Shown here in pieces: positions 23,976-37,731 of a stretch of DNA of 64,000 nucleotides (positions are counted from its first letter, which is position 1; each line of letters starts with the position of its first letter). The position numbers and the translations under genes were made by a program. The stretch lies in NCBI GenBank assembly GCA_036172245.1, contig JAYWIR010000082.1, positions 62,001-126,000 on the forward strand, read 5' to 3'. This stretch comes from Raillietiella orientalis. Taxonomy: Eukaryota. The notes beneath the pieces are model-generated. The model was not told where the DNA came from and made no database searches. It worked only from the letters and a program-made list of their open reading frames with translations.

Positions 23976-26900
23976 ATGGAATCGGTGACTCTTGCCAATG
24001 TACCATCAGGTTTAAGTGCTTTGTATTCTGCTTGTAGTAATCTGTATCCAAACCAATCCAACGCTTTACAGGTTTCAACTCTGAAAAAATTTTGGTAGTA
24101 TTTTTATTCCTTATGTTGTATGTTGTAATTTGTAAAAAAAAAAGAAAAAGTGAAAGTTGGTTTTTCCAAAGACGCCATGGTGATTCTTAGTAATGTAAAA
24201 TGAGATTTATGGAAGTAACAAGCCTGTTTGGCTCAAGCATGGGGATGTTTTTCACAGTACATAACTTAGAGAAACATAGAACTTAAAGCAATCATTTGAC
24301 CTTCTACGTTTGGAATTTTAATGCTTCGCCGAATTTGGAACTCGGGACATATTCTTCTTGATATGACAGATTACTGCAAGCATTCATGAGACGTTTAAAC
24401 AATTTTACCGAACCAATATATGTTACCAATGAATTGTTTTCATGTGCTTTTTGCAACATTATTGAGAAATAAACCAACTGATTGAGATTCCGTGTTTAAT
24501 TTGGTAGCAACCTCTATTTTTATCAAAGAAAAGTGCAAGGCATTTGCTGTTTTTTTTTTTTTCGTTTTTGTATGAATTAAATCAAATCTGTAACCATTGT
24601 AGACAGGAATTCATATTCAGATTTCATTATATCCATAGTTGAGATATAGTTTGGACATGTTACGAAGTAAAATATAGTCACTACTTTGATCCTGCCATGC
24701 TTTTTGAGAATTTTCGAGGATTTGCCAGTAGTGTCATTCTCATATTGTTTTGAGCATGTAAAATCATATTTTCAATAGACTTTGGATATGTATATTTGTA
24801 ACTCAACGCAGAAATACAAACGAGTAATCAATTTTTCTTTCCATTATACAAGGCTTGGAGGTCCTGATCCGCTTGATTATGTTAACATGTATTACAATAA
24901 TGGAGATTCTTCTGCTGGCATTCCACCCCACTGGCATTATGTTAGGTGATGTAATGATTATTGTCTCAGTGATGTAATGATGTTTTAGTTTCGGGTTATC
25001 TGATCTTCATGGGGACAATAGAGTTCATCATAGGAAAGATAGTGATCTAATTAGTGGTTTTGGAATAGAACTGACATTCAGATTGAAGTGTGAACTCAAT
25101 GAAACAGAACCACCATTGTGGCCAGCCAAACTCTTACAGTTATTAGCTTCTTATGTATTTCAGTCAGGTAAGATATTTTGTTCCCTATTTAAGTTTGCCT
25201 AGTTTTGCTCATTTGCATTGTTCAATCTTCAGCTAAGCATTCATTGATTTGAACAAATGCACTGTTTGGATACTTTTGTTCACATCAGTGGTGTAATTTG
25301 GTGTTAATTCCATTTTTGCCAAATAGTTTTACGTATTTTTTCCAGTATTGTGTTTTTTTGTTTGTGTGATTGTATCCAGTGGAAGTTTCCTCCATTTTTT
25401 AATTTTTTTTTCACATCAGCCTTAAAGGGTGGGCAGTCTAAGAGAAGTGGGAACCACTTTGCCTTATGTTACTTTCCTGAAGAGGAATGAGTTCATCAGA
25501 GCCATAGATGCATATGTCCTTGGGAAATGTTTCTCTGCAGTGGAAACAAACCATCATGCAACATGAAGTCCCTGCACATCCAAAAATAGCTCTTAAGTTA
25601 AACATCGTTTTGGTCATGTGTTCCAAAAAAAAAATATAATTCTACTTGGGAAGGAAAAGGTCTAGAGTATGTGAAACTAGTCAAATGTTTTTGTCGTGCA
25701 GTTTTGATTTCTTGAAGCCATAGGAAATATTATTTCTTGTGAATGTATCATGTGTTAGCCATTGCTGAGGGTTGATGTGCTATCCTATCCTTTGAAGTTC
25801 CCTAACTAGAGCCAAACATTCACTCAGGGGAATTTATGTTTGTTGTGGTACAAAAGGATTATTTTGTTAACCTGTTTGACACTACTCAGATGACCAATAT
25901 TCCAGCCTGATGCATGTGGCCATTAGTGTTGTACTTAAAAACTAAGTATTTTTATTTATGGACAGACCATATGAAATCAGCATGCAACATTTGGAGTTTG
26001 CTGCCATTGCAAACATTATGTTTGATCAGCTAATCAAGTTTTGTCATCATTATGTGTTCTGACTAGTTCTTTTGAATGGATTTCTCACAAAGCTTGTTCT
26101 TATAACAGTATTGGTCCATCCATCTTTTACATGAATTGCTTGACTTACTGTTCAAAAAACATATCCTAATAATCTAAAAGCAAGTCTCATTTATTTGATG
26201 TCCCTATGGAGAACTAGCTGAGAGATGATGTCATTTGTTACTTTAGTATTTTCTCTTCAGGCAATGTGCTGTGTGCTGGAGACCATATACCATGGCACAG
26301 ATCTCTAGATGGCAGTGATTCACGGATCCAACATATGTTGTTAGCAGCAGACTGTCAGTTACACTCTCTTAGAACACCCTTTGGCAAAGTGGATTTTATT
26401 CAGGTTGTGGGAGTATGTGCTGAAGAACTTCATGCTGCACAATGGTGGAATGGTCATAGTATAATCAGTATCATGCAGAAGCTTCCAGGGTATGCTATGC
26501 CTATACGAATAGGAAAAATTATTGAGCTAGATTTGGAAATGCCTGTTTGATCACTGACATGAGAAGAGGTGAAACCATTTTTGATATTTCCCCTCAGGTG
26601 GAAGATGAAGTGAATCGGGGCATTCAGGAGCAGGGATCCAATCTTTCTGGTGAATATTAACTTGTTGAAGCAGAATGTTAGCAGACTTCCAATTCAAGGA
26701 GTAAGTGCTCATTGTTACTGGCAGAAGTATCAGGGAGCGGAAGATGTGTCTGATGAGGAAGAAGGAGATGAAGTAGAGATGATGCCATTAATGCGTGTCC
26801 TGTCAGGCGTGCACTTATATTTTGATCACGATGCTGGAAAATTGCTGCCACTTGTTCTTCAAGGACGATTACATCATGGACGCCATTTTACTTTCAGTTG

Positions 26901-27179
26901 CCCAGTAAATGGCTTAGCAGTAACATTTGTGACACCAAAAGTAGAAGGAACCTGGGCTAGTGAACAGCAGCTTTATGTTGCTCGTGGCTGGTGGCTGCAT
27001 ATACTTTTAACAGAACCTATGCAACATGAAGTTCTTGCAGATTTGCACTTGCTGGATTCTAAAGAAGTAAGCACATAATATCCTGAATATTCAACCTTCT
27101 GTTTTAGTTAGTTCTTCCTCACACATTCTATTGGTGTAAACACCATTTGGTATTCACTATTGTAGAAAATGAATACTGA
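23976..27179 (+). CDS. Sufu: Suppressor of fused, 7 coding exons (23976-24094, 24853-24945, 24989-25167, 26261-26489, 26531-26649, 26699-27066, 27108-27179), 392 aa
   Basis: GLSALYSACSNLYPNQSNALQV..FWLGGPDPLDYV, PHWHYVSFGLSDLHGD, GFGIELTFRL, GDHIPW, LITDMRRGETIF, GSNLSGVS, GRLHHGRHFTF. All introns GT-AG; exon sum 1179 nt is in frame. Confidence 0.93.
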
Positions 27180-27889
27180 TACAACCTACACAATAAAGTT
27201 ATGTAGGTTGTAGGACTGTCATGAAGTTTTTGGACAATTGATGATGGTCACTGGATAGAAACACAAAACAACACTAGGCCATGTCAGCTGAATTTGCTTC
27301 TGCATTTCATGAAATCAGATCCTTGAAATGGAGCTGTGTTGTGCAAATCAGTCAGTAACCAGGTGATGATGTGAAGACTATTACTTAACACGAAGTAGCA
27401 GATCTGACTTGAAAAAACACATACATGAATATAAGTAAAGCAACTAAAAGAATGAGTTTCATGTTCCAAAGAATGGAAACGATGCAACTGGGTCATCATT
27501 CATGCCAAATGTGACAATAAATGGATTGCAGTTTGGATGAACATCACTTTTTTTTCTCTCTCTTCACAATTGCGTATTTCAAAAGAGTATTGCCAATTAT
27601 CCATCAAATGTCTGCAGATCATAATTTGGGGATTTTAGTTGCTATTCCAGTTCTTTGTTTTGTGCTTTCTTCCAGTTTCCCTGCATGTTTACATGGTAAC
27701 AGCATTTACCAATTTTTTCATTTATATGAAACACTAGATTTGTTGAAAATTTTAACCATGTTAACCTACAATGCAATTCCGTTTTTGGATTCAGAGCATG
27801 AACTCGGGGAACAGATGCGAGTAGGTGTGCAGGTACGTGTGAGAGATGTGGGAGATGGGCACACTATCCAGGCTGATTGCCACTCCCTT

Positions 27890-30040
27890 GCATAGTCCCT
27901 AGAACGCGCTTTCCACTTCTGTGTAGATTCCTTCTTTAATTTTGCCTTTTTCCTGTGAGTTCATTCTCTGCGCAGATTGTTCAGAATGAATTCCAGTTCT
28001 GAAAAGTGAATCTTGAACACATCTTGACATTGGAAGTAATTGGCATAATGGTGCTTGAAAGTCACCACGCTTCCTTCCGACGTTTGACGGGCTTGGCCAT
28101 CACACTGGATGCAGAAGATACCAATGGAGATGTTCTTCTTTTCCAGTACAGCGATTTCTCCTTTCACATTTTGAGGGATACAGTACCCCTTGCGATGATC
28201 ACGGTATCTCTAGAGGGAGAGGTCATGGATGTTCTCCCAGTGTGCTTACTGCCTTATCCTCCTGTCTCCAGCTTGTACGTATTGAAGAACAGATGAATCA
28301 TCTGTTTGGGGTCTGTACCAGTTGACGACTCTGCAGATGGTTGTGCTTGTAAAATTTCCTTGATGACTTCCTAGTGATTAGATAGCGTCTCAAACCAGAT
28401 GGGCATGCAGATGAGAGCTGCCCAGGTACCATTCTTCCTCCAAGGGTTTTAGGTTCTCACAGTGAACTGCAGCAGGGGATGATCTGACAGCAGAGTGTGT
28501 GTGTCTCTGAACCTCTGTTTGCAGTTCCCTATCTCTTGACTATAGAGAACTTGTTCCATTGGTTTGTGGCTTGCTGTTGGCCACAGCAGTCCGAATCCCT
28601 CGGACAGCTGCCAATACTTTCTTTCCTCGGGCATCTTTGGAATAAGTGATCTTGTTCAACATGTTAAGGTCACACACGATGATAGCGATGACTTTGGATG
28701 TGACTTTGTCGCACAGAGGAGGCTGCACTGTCTCTGCACATCGGTGTTTTTCTTTGTGAGGTCCTTACATGTTGATCAGGAACAGGTAGACGCTTCCGGA
28801 TTAGGACATTCGAAAGCCAATGATTCGACCAGACCATGGAGTGAACGTCTCAAGGACGGTGTATGCGATCTCTTTCTTCACGAGGATCGCCTTCCCCTTC
28901 GTCTTCCCACCAGTGATGAATATCTTCCAGTCGTCACTTGAGTTCCAATCCGATCTTGTAACCTATATTGTGGGTTTCTTTCATAACATGATGTGGCCAC
29001 GCTCGTTGATCCGCATAACATGTCTCCTGGTGTCCTGGTTCCACAATCCGTTGATTATGCAGGAAACGAATTCTACGTTTCTAACCGTCGGCCGGAAGGA
29101 GGCCTTCGGAATTTACATGAAATCTCCGGTCTGCTTGAGCTTCGGCTAAAATGACCGCTTTTGGCTTTTGGTAGTCGCTTGTTCTTCCCCAACGTCGCTT
29201 TCGGACGTAACATAATTCATGCTGTCTACGACAGTGGACTGCGAGGTTTGACCTTGTTTTTCGACCCTGGTCGCCCTCTTCCTGGATCGGTGACGTGCTC
29301 ACCATCTCAATCAATGCCTTTAGCCTCCACGGCGAGCAGTCTGTTCTCTAGCTGGAAACGGTGTTCGTTTTTGTAAAGTTGCTGAAGGATGACTTCCCAT
29401 ACTGAGTATAGTTGGCGCGGTAGCATCGTGTCCTAGGGCAACACCGACTCGGCGATCAGAAAAACTCTTGCAACCGATGTGAAGCAATGGTTGCTGGCCT
29501 GTGCCTTATCTGTACATCCTGAACGTGCACTTCGATGTTTGCCACCATTGAGATCTTGGATCCTAGTGCATCTTCATTCGGAAGATACCTTCCCACACCA
29601 TGTAAGAGAACCTTGCCTTGCATACTGTTCCGGGGTCGGATTCACCTATCCCACGCAGCAGATGCCCATTCCACGAATGTGTTTGTCTGCGTAGACAGTG
29701 AATCCACTGACACGCGGAGCGATTGCTTCGATAGCCTCCAATTCGACGTTCCTCTTGTACAGCGCAAGGTTGACTTTTCTCATTTTGAGTGGCCCCATCT
29801 TGAAAGTTACCGCCTTGACCTCAGGATCTACTTTGACCATTAGGGCACCCTCCATAATTTTGGCTTAATGGGAGTACGCTTGGTATTTTGCGTTGCTCTT
29901 CCCAAATTGCCAGTGACTGCCATTGCTTGAGGTGCATCTAACATCACCGTGTAAGACATGAGCGGTGCTGCCGCCGTCGCCGCTGGCATGGTTACCTCCG
30001 CGGTGGTCAGAGACGTGTGTCTGACACGCGTCCATGGATC
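27890..30040 (-). mobile_element. Family A 5' portion (ORF1 start, APE endonuclease, linker), degenerate
   Basis: Minus: MPAATAAAPLMSY (ORF1 start ~29989), TKGKAILVKK, IIVCDLN, TLLSDHPLLQFTVRT (APE SDH motif), IFCIQCDGQARQTSEG. Confidence 0.8.
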
Positions 30041-30271
30041 TGGTCATTTGCTCTCATCCATGTGTAGCCTTAAAGTTTGGTAGTTTTCCCACACTCGATG
30101 TCAGAAGTTCCGTAGCCCCTAGCCATATTCTGGTTTCTCGACAAAATCGCCTCGAAGCCAAAAAATAGTTATTCGAATCAACAATGGAATGTGCAAATAC
30201 ATATTTATAGGAATGTATAAACTGGACTATTTTTGTGACTTCACGACAAGATCAAATAATCAAAAGGAACA

Positions 30272-32242
30272 CTTCAGCAACTTCGTGAGGGCGATACTCC
30301 AAAAAACCAGTACTGCCGTATCAAAATCAACGGTCAAGAGACGGCAGCAATCAGGATGGAACGGGGAGTCCGGCAGGGCGACTCGCTAAGTCCGATGCTG
30401 TTCGTGATCTATATGGAGGCGCTGTCCTCTTACATCGAGAGGAGCGGACGCCTAAATGGAATTTCCATCGATGGTCAGCAACTTACCCATCTGGCGTACG
30501 CGGATGATCTCTTCTTCATCAAGGGAGAGAGGAATCAGCGAGCGTTCCTGGATGTGGTAGACCTCATGGAACAGGGCCTGGGTCTGAAGATCAACGCCCA
30601 GAAGAGTCAGCTTTTACCCGTCGGAATCCTGGACCTCTCCGCTCTCACGGGGAGTGGATTCCGTACGGTGGATACGGCCAAGTACCTGGGAGTCTACATC
30701 GGCGACGACTCTGCATCGAAGCTGCTGTGGACGGAAATCCTGGGGAAAACGGCCAAGGAAGCAGCAAAGTACACTCGAGTGGACTTTAACATGAAGCGAA
30801 GAGCCAACCTGTGGAACGGAGTACTTCTTCCAAAGGTACTCTTTGGGGCGGCCTTCGCAAGAATGAATAAAGAAACCACGAGAGAAGTAGAGAAGCTGCA
30901 GCGTAAAACACTGTGGGGCCACTACCGCCCAAGAGTTCGTCTTAAACCCCTGTGTCGTCCCAGGGAAGAAGGCGGTTCCGGGATGAAGTTGCCTGCACAT
31001 TCCATGGAAATCATGGATACGCGACACATCCTGGACATAGCCACTCACTGGGATGACTGGCCATATGCGGCGCACAGGGCCTACGCGTTGTTGCTCAACA
31101 ACTCGAAAGGCCTGATGACTGCGCTGCTAGGCCGAGCAGGAGAATGGATCTCCATCGACCCGACCTGGAGACGAAAACAACGGCTCGTGCGAAAGCACAA
31201 GATGAAGATCGTGCCAAGAAGCAGGGAACTCTGGCAGGAGGAATCCATCCTGGTGATCCCTTGGATGCTTCCGGTCCCTCCGGACACGAGAAGCTGGATC
31301 TACCAGCGGCCCAGAGTTACCCTCTCAACGGATCCAGGAATGGCGCCGAGGAGGATACCTACATCATTCTCGTGTACTCCGGTACATAGAGATGATGCTA
31401 GGGAGGTTTACCCACCAGACCCGCGAGGTGTGGATTAACCACAACGACTTCGCGTGGTCCAGGGTAACCAGAATGAACCTCCGTAGGATGATCAAGGATG
31501 AAGACAAAGACACTAGTGCCCTCCAAGAAGCCGCCGACCGCTACGGGAGCGATCGCATCAACCTGTTGGCGATCGGCACAACGCTCTGGAGGAGTGACCT
31601 TCCGCCGGACACCCAGGACAACCTCCTGATGTTCTACCATGGAGGAATCCTGACGGGGTCCAGACTACAGCACTTCACGAGAAGAAGGGAAGACAGAGAC
31701 TGCACGGCGTGTGGTGACACCGACACAAGACTTCACATCTTGACGTGTCCCACACTGCTTCACGACTGGCTGATCCTGAAAAGGATCATCGGACGGATCA
31801 CCAGCTCCGTAATGGAGATCCTCGCCGGGATGTTTCAGGGAGATGGTAATGTTCCCTGTTACAATCCCATGGTGAGGACGACCATCGCCCTCTTCATCAC
31901 CGCCATACTTGTGCGGTGGTGGAAGATGAGGAAAGCCAGGAGAGCCGCACCTCCGATGGAGATCCTCCAGGGACTCCTGAAGAAGGAAATCAGCATCAGG
32001 AACTGTGGAAGAATCCAAGCCTGGACGTACAGATTCATCCTGAAGAGGATCGAGGACGACGCCCGGGACCATCCAGCTGGAATCCCACCCTGAAAAGCAG
32101 AACTCTAGTGACCCCAAAGAACTTCAAAGTGAAAAAGTGGTAGTATAACGAGTGAATGAGAGTGTGAATGTGAAATTGTAGTGTGAATGTTATTTTTATA
32201 GAAAAATAAATTTACCCCACCCCTTGTGGGACCTGGGGAAAA
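30272..32242 (+). mobile_element. Family A 3' half (RT, C-terminal zinc finger, 3' UTR), few lesions
   Basis: RGVRQGDSLSPMLF, LAYADDL, KYLGV, LCRPREEGGSG, CTACGDTDTRLHILTC; ends AATAAATTTACCCCACCCCTTGTGGGACCTGGGGAAAA. Confidence 0.92.
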
Positions 32243-32269
32243 TCAAATAATCAAAAGTCATCTATGAAG

Positions 32270-33594
32270 GATGGAGGCAGTGTGACTACTCACTCCGCGC
32301 GTGGTACCAAGCGTTGCTGGTTCGAATCCTCACGTGAAGGATCTACATCGAGAAAAGGGTGCATCATGTCTTTAGACTTTTGCTGCGTCGTACGAGCACG
32401 CCTTACACGTGCTGACCGCTGAAACAGATATTGATAAGCGCGTTACGCCAGCAGGAGCGCAGATAATCCAGGAAGACTTCCGGGAAGCCCATGCGTCCCA
32501 GAAGCTCCAGAAGGAGTTCCTGGTCGATGCAGTCGAATGCTTCGTGGGCACAGTGAGGCATGCAACGCGCCCAACAGGAACGACGCTTCCTGTTTGGGTG
32601 CTACAGAAGCTGCACGCTCCGAGAGATCCTGGAGGATCCGAAGAAGAGAGCGTGGTCAGGAAGAACCCCCCTCGCTGCTGCGCTGGCCTCCCTAATGGAA
32701 GATCAGGACAGCGATGTTGCGGCGAAGTGGGAGGTTAGAGTAACTATCTCCGGGAAGAAGAAGAAGATAGGAGAGTGGAAGACGGGCCAGCTAACAGACG
32801 CTGCAACCCCGAGTACGCCTCCCAATGGACTTCTGCGCTGGGGCGCGCTGCTCGATGTTCCCATTGAACATCTGAAGTGGCCCCCGGTGCTCATGAACAC
32901 TTCCACCCTCCCCTTAAAATGGCAGGAGTCGGCTCTACTGTTGCAGCACTGGGGACTCCCCTGCAACGCCCGCCGGCAACACTGGACCTGGGGAGCGGTG
33001 AACCCCAATTGTGTTAGGCGTGGGGAACCGGAGTCCCTCCCCCACATACTAGTGGATTGTGTTGCCCTTCGGCCCCTTTGGTTCCGCTTTGCCGCGGCCA
33101 TCGGAATCCCCTGCGGCAACCCCAGGGACGCATTGAAAGCCCTCTTCGTTGCCGACGCCCTTCGGCCTGCGGCCTCGATAGCAGCCCTGTGCTGCCTACG
33201 CGGGACTGTCGCCGCTTGGAGTAAGGCTACGGGAGGACCTCGCGATAAGGGTGCCATCCAGCACGCCTTTGAATTTTTGAGGAGGGCGTCGCGGTGACCC
33301 CACCTGGATCCAGGAATGCAGAAAGAGCTTGCCGGCATCCTGCGAAGGATGCAACGGCCCCAGCAGCAACAGTGATCCCTTCCCTTACCCTCCCACCTTT
33401 TTCTTTTCTTTTGGTTTAGTTTTTTTGTTTATCCCCCTTCCTCCTGCTGCCGTGGTGGACCGTACCGGTCTGCGAACCGGTGACCCGGCAGGCTCTGTGT
33501 TTCTTCGTGCGTGGCTGGAGCACTGTCCAGTCATAGCACGTCATTGTAAAAGTTTATTTTTTTAATAAACGCCCCGGCGAAATCCGGGTGAAAA
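32270..33594 (+). mobile_element. Family B retrotransposon, 3' part
   Basis: AATPSTPPNGLLRWGALL, QHWGLPCNARRQHWTWGAVNPNC..ESLPHILVDC; hairpins at 33464-33481 and 33506-33540; AATAAACGCCCCGGCGAAATCCGGGTGAAAA. Confidence 0.85.
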
Positions 33595-33599
33595 TCGAA

Positions 33600-34710
33600 T
33601 ACTTCGCGCCGACTGATCACGACCACAAGGGTTTCAGGGCATGTCTGCTTTTTGATGGCCTTCTCCTTCCTGGTCAGAGGAGAATCAGGGATTCTCGTGA
33701 CTTATCAGCAAAACCCGCTGTATCAATTGCCACCATGAGCTCGCGATAACAGACTGACCTTCATGATTCGTCCGAGAACAGAGTTCAGTCTGCTTCTGAC
33801 TGACCACGGCTTTTGCCACCCATCCCAGTCGCTCCGCCTCCAGTTTGACAAGCAGCTAGGCGTTCGCGTTTACTACCGTGATCGGCCGCCATTCACCAAC
33901 GTCGCTCAAGTCTCCTGTTTTGGGAAAGAGACGTACTCTTGTTGACCAGAACGAGACGCGTACCTTGCCTGTTTCACTGATCAGCGTGCGTAGCTCGGCG
34001 TTCCAGGATAACAAGCTCTGTCACGAGATGTTTGTAATACTCCGCAAGGCCGTCCTCTCCTGGTGCTGTTGTCTCGTGAGCTTTCTGATGACGATCTCCG
34101 ACATCGTGAACGGCTCGCCGAGACTTCTTTGCTCCTCCTCCCCTAACTCTGGTCAGCCTTCGGGCAGCAAACGCTGCTCAAAATCGTGCTCTGAGTATAT
34201 CCCTGCATAGAGGGAAGAGTAGAGATAATGAAAAATTCACCCCACCTTTGCTGGGACCGGTAAGGTGTGCAGATACGTCTTTTCTTTTCTTAATCCCCGA
34301 AGCCTGGAGGAAGCCGATTTAGGAAGTAACTGGTCGCAGAACTCTGTCAAACTGTCCCACTCTTCGAGTGTCTGCAGTTCAAACTCTCGCAGGAATTCAC
34401 AGAGGTATTCTGTTGCTCCTAAGAGGTTCAACCAGTCCCCTGGAAGGCGTCACTCTTGAGAGGGAGGACCCCTGTCTCTCGGATTAACTTCCGGCTCAAG
34501 CCGGGAGTGGTTGACCTTATGGTACCTCTATTTCCCACTTGTGTACACAGGTGGTTGTCGAGGAACGCGCGGTCGATGCTTTCCTCCATCTCGGCTTGTC
34601 CAGTTGGTCTATATTCAGGTGTGCCGCACGAATATAGGCCAACCACAGTCATTTTGCGGGGAAACTCGAACCCACGACGCACCCTTTTCTCGAAGTCGGT
34701 CCTTTATTTT
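33600..34710 (-). mobile_element. Degenerate L1/Tx1-like ORF2 fragment (APE end, linker, RT N-terminus)
   Basis: Minus frames: ESIDRAFLD, LEEWDSL, LGEPFTMSEI, RLFPKTGDLSDVGEWRPITVVNAN. Confidence 0.75.
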
Positions 34711-35460
34711 CACCCGGTTACGCCAGGACGTTCATGGTAAAAAAATATTCGCAAAAAAGCATCCATATACAAGATGAAAAATGTCTTTCTTCGTAGGAGC
34801 TTCACGCCACCACTAAGGAGGGAGATGCGTCGGTGGCGCTGCTTCTTGTGAGCAGCTCCCCGATGAGGTCTGCACAGGAGGAGTGGTGGAAGGGCTAAGC
34901 AGAAACAAAAACAAAAAAAACTTGGGTTTAAAAATGTTTTAGGGAAGGAGCAGGGAAAGGAAAGGGATCACAGATTTCTTTCCGGCGTCCTCGGCATCCT
35001 CCATAGGATGCTGAGGACGAAAGGAGGAAGTTGCCAACATCCTCCAGAGGATGCTTTCCTCCTTTGACAGAGATGTGACCATCTTGTCTCCTTCCTTATG
35101 AAGGAGCAGATGATTGCGATGACCTCATCATTCGACTGATCTCTTTCGGCGCGACTTCTCTCCGTCAAAATCCCACGGAGTCAGCACAAGGCTGCAAGAG
35201 AAGCTGCAGGAGACATCAAGTCGCGCGTGAATAGGCACCGCAAGACCTCTCTGCCGTTGTCCATCGGGAGTGAGAGGACCGCAGCGAAGCGTTCCCGGAC
35301 ACTCAGGAGGGCAACACAATCGAACAGCAGGTGCGGGATGGTTTCCCGTTCCCCCTCATCTGGCACAGCCTGGGGCCACGCTCCCCTCGTCCAGTGATGG
35401 ACTCGTGCATTGCATGGAGCAGTGGGCTCTGGCTGTCTCCTTGCCGATTCCTTTACGGAT
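34711..35460 (-). mobile_element. Family B 3' fragment
   Basis: PCNARVHHWTRGA..ERETIPHLLFDC; terminal ATGAACGTCCTGGCGTAACCGGGTGAAAA on the minus strand. Confidence 0.8.
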
Positions 35461-35519
35461 ATTCGAACCCGCAACGCTTTACCACGCGAGGAGACGGTAG
35501 CCACACGGTTTCCAGAGCG

Positions 35520-36140
35520 GACTTCGGGTGAGGCGCTGGTGGAAGTCAGAAACCGGATGACCCGTTGACTGGTCGGGAGTGGAAGCTGACCCTCCGGGGT
35601 CCTTCTAGGAATCAAAGAATGCCTCGGGACTCCCTTTCGGTTGTGAAAATGGAGCCGTTCCATGGAGCTGGTTGATACCCCTTCAGCAGGAGTAATATTC
35701 AAGAAGTGGGGTTGCCTCTTCACTGTGTAAGAAAAGCGCTGCTCCTTTCGGGGAGCGTCCTTCAGAGAAATTTGGAAGAGTCCCTTCAAGTTCTCTTCAG
35801 AGGGGGGAACAAGAAATGATTCAATTGCGGGTTCCCTGCAAAGAAGGAATTCAGGAGCGGAACCTTTCCTGGTTTCCTTCAGAGAAGAAATAATGAAGCG
35901 ACTCCTTCCGGGGGCCCTTAGGGAACAATATGGGCAAGGGCCTCCCCTTCGGGATTTTCTAACAAGAGTAAGAGGAACGGACTCCATCCTCCAGAACCTT
36001 CTAGGATTCATAGGGTGATCCCTCTGAGGTTGCTCCCTAACTTGAAGAGTTATACTCCCCTCGGGTGGTGTGGACAGTGTTAAAGAGCCTCGTGAGCTTC
36101 TCCTAAGGAAGCGAACGGTTCTTGAGGGTCTAACCCCCAT
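35520..36140 (+). mobile_element. Possible divergent LINE ORF2 C-terminal remnant
   Basis: Plus frame CSFRGASFREIWKSP..SIAGSL loosely resembles family B CYRSCTLREILEDP..LAAALASL; GC-rich with stops. Confidence 0.35.
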
Positions 36141-36585
36141 CCATCCACCTCACCCCTTCCTTTGAAAAAACAAAACAAAAAAAAAGCTGGGAGGAAAGCA
36201 GAGAAAACAGAAGAACCCAAAAGGATTTCGATAACCAATTTTCAAATTGATCTGTGTAAGTGAATGGAAATTGGGCTAAGGTGCCCAATACAAAGACGAA
36301 AAATGCAAAGCGAAAATTTGAAAAGTCACCTCTTAAGTCACAGAGTTTTAGTTCATCAAAGTAGCATTTCATTAATAGTAAGCAGAACAGTAAATGTGAT
36401 TAAGATAAACCTTTTCCTGAAGATCGTAGCCATAGCTCAAGCAAACAAATAAATAAGCACAGGTCTGATAGAAGCATTTCTGACAGAAATAATCAACTGG
36501 AAAACATTCTCATAAGCATTAAGAAAAAAAGAAGTATACTGAACATCAGAAATAAAATAAAGAAAGCACGAAGTTTTCTTTTCTT

Positions 36586-36631
36586 ATAGATTTCATTATA
36601 AGCTGTTGAAACAGCTTATAATGAAATCTAT
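36586..36631. repeat. Perfect inverted repeat, 22-bp arms with 2-nt spacer
   Basis: ATAGATTTCATTATAAGCTGTT-GA-AACAGCTTATAATGAAATCTAT. Confidence 0.95.
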
Positions 36632-37731
36632 TAGAAATTATCTATTAGCATTATGAATGCTATGCTAATTAAATCTAGTTTGTAACAATTAAAGAGTTGC
36701 CAAACCTGTAATAATAATTAAATGCGTGCATTCCATTTTTTTTGCCAAAAAAAAAGTGTATTGAGAATATTTTTTGGAACTTTGAATGTGGAAGATTATT
36801 GATCGCTAAACTCCAAGTTCTGTTTGAAGTTTTCAGATTGCAGTTTAGCACTTATGAAAGTGCACATATTACCTATGTATATTGATATATGTAATGCTCA
36901 TAAATTTTTTAATAATTTTCCATATATATGTCAATAATATGATCAACAACTTATTAATTATATTGATAAAATGAGTTCATAAATCTAATAAATATATATG
37001 CCCCAATAATATTACTGTTAGCATACTTATTATTATATTGTACTGATAAATGTAACTATGTATACTCAAGTAAATTTGTATATTACTATATTGAGAATGA
37101 GCATATATGTTTATATTTTTATGATCTTTCGGGATTTCGATCGTTCAGGATTTTAAACCAGATTCCTTTGCTTCGTGTCTTCTGAAGACGTTGCGACATG
37201 CAAGTGAGCTCCTTGAAGCAGAAAGTCACTCTCCTATGCAACCCTTTGTTGCAGCTGAAGGCAGTTATGTCCACATCTCCTCACTTTGCAGGGACCTCCA
37301 TGTATTGCAGCTGTAGCTGCTGCATCCCCATAATCCTCATGGAAGATGATTTCGCAAGGCTAGGTTTCTCACGGCTTTATCGACGCAGAAGGGAACTCCC
37401 TGTTACACTTCTTCCTGATAGGTAGACGATTTTATGTGGGAACCATCACACGGACACCACAAGAAAATCACAATCTCATTGCCTCTACAACGCTTTCGGA
37501 ATTTCCGACTCTTCAGACTTCAGGGCAACTTGTCCGAGTTGCTTACTGTGTACTTTTCCCTTCTGGACTGCAGGAGGAGCTCAAAGCACATCTTGTCTAT
37601 CAAGGATGGGAAAAATAGTCTTAGAGACTTCAATCTCAGCAGCCTGATGCTGCATGAACAATCTTTGCTCCAAGTGCTCAACCTTGGATTTAGTAATGTC
37701 TACGCTAACTACATGTGTAAATTTCATTGGA

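Noticed and set aside
23700..23990. Minus-strand EKILYAALP as a continuation of the NeSL-like ORF across an insertion
   Set aside because: It overlaps the Sufu start and upstream region on the plus strand; likely coincidental.
32275..32335. tRNA or tRNA-SINE suggested by GGTTCGAATCC (B box)
   Set aside because: No convincing A box or cloverleaf; lies at the start of a LINE fragment.
35181..36140. 319-aa minus ORF as a gene
   Set aside because: Composite across two TE fragments; only the last ~80 aa match family B.
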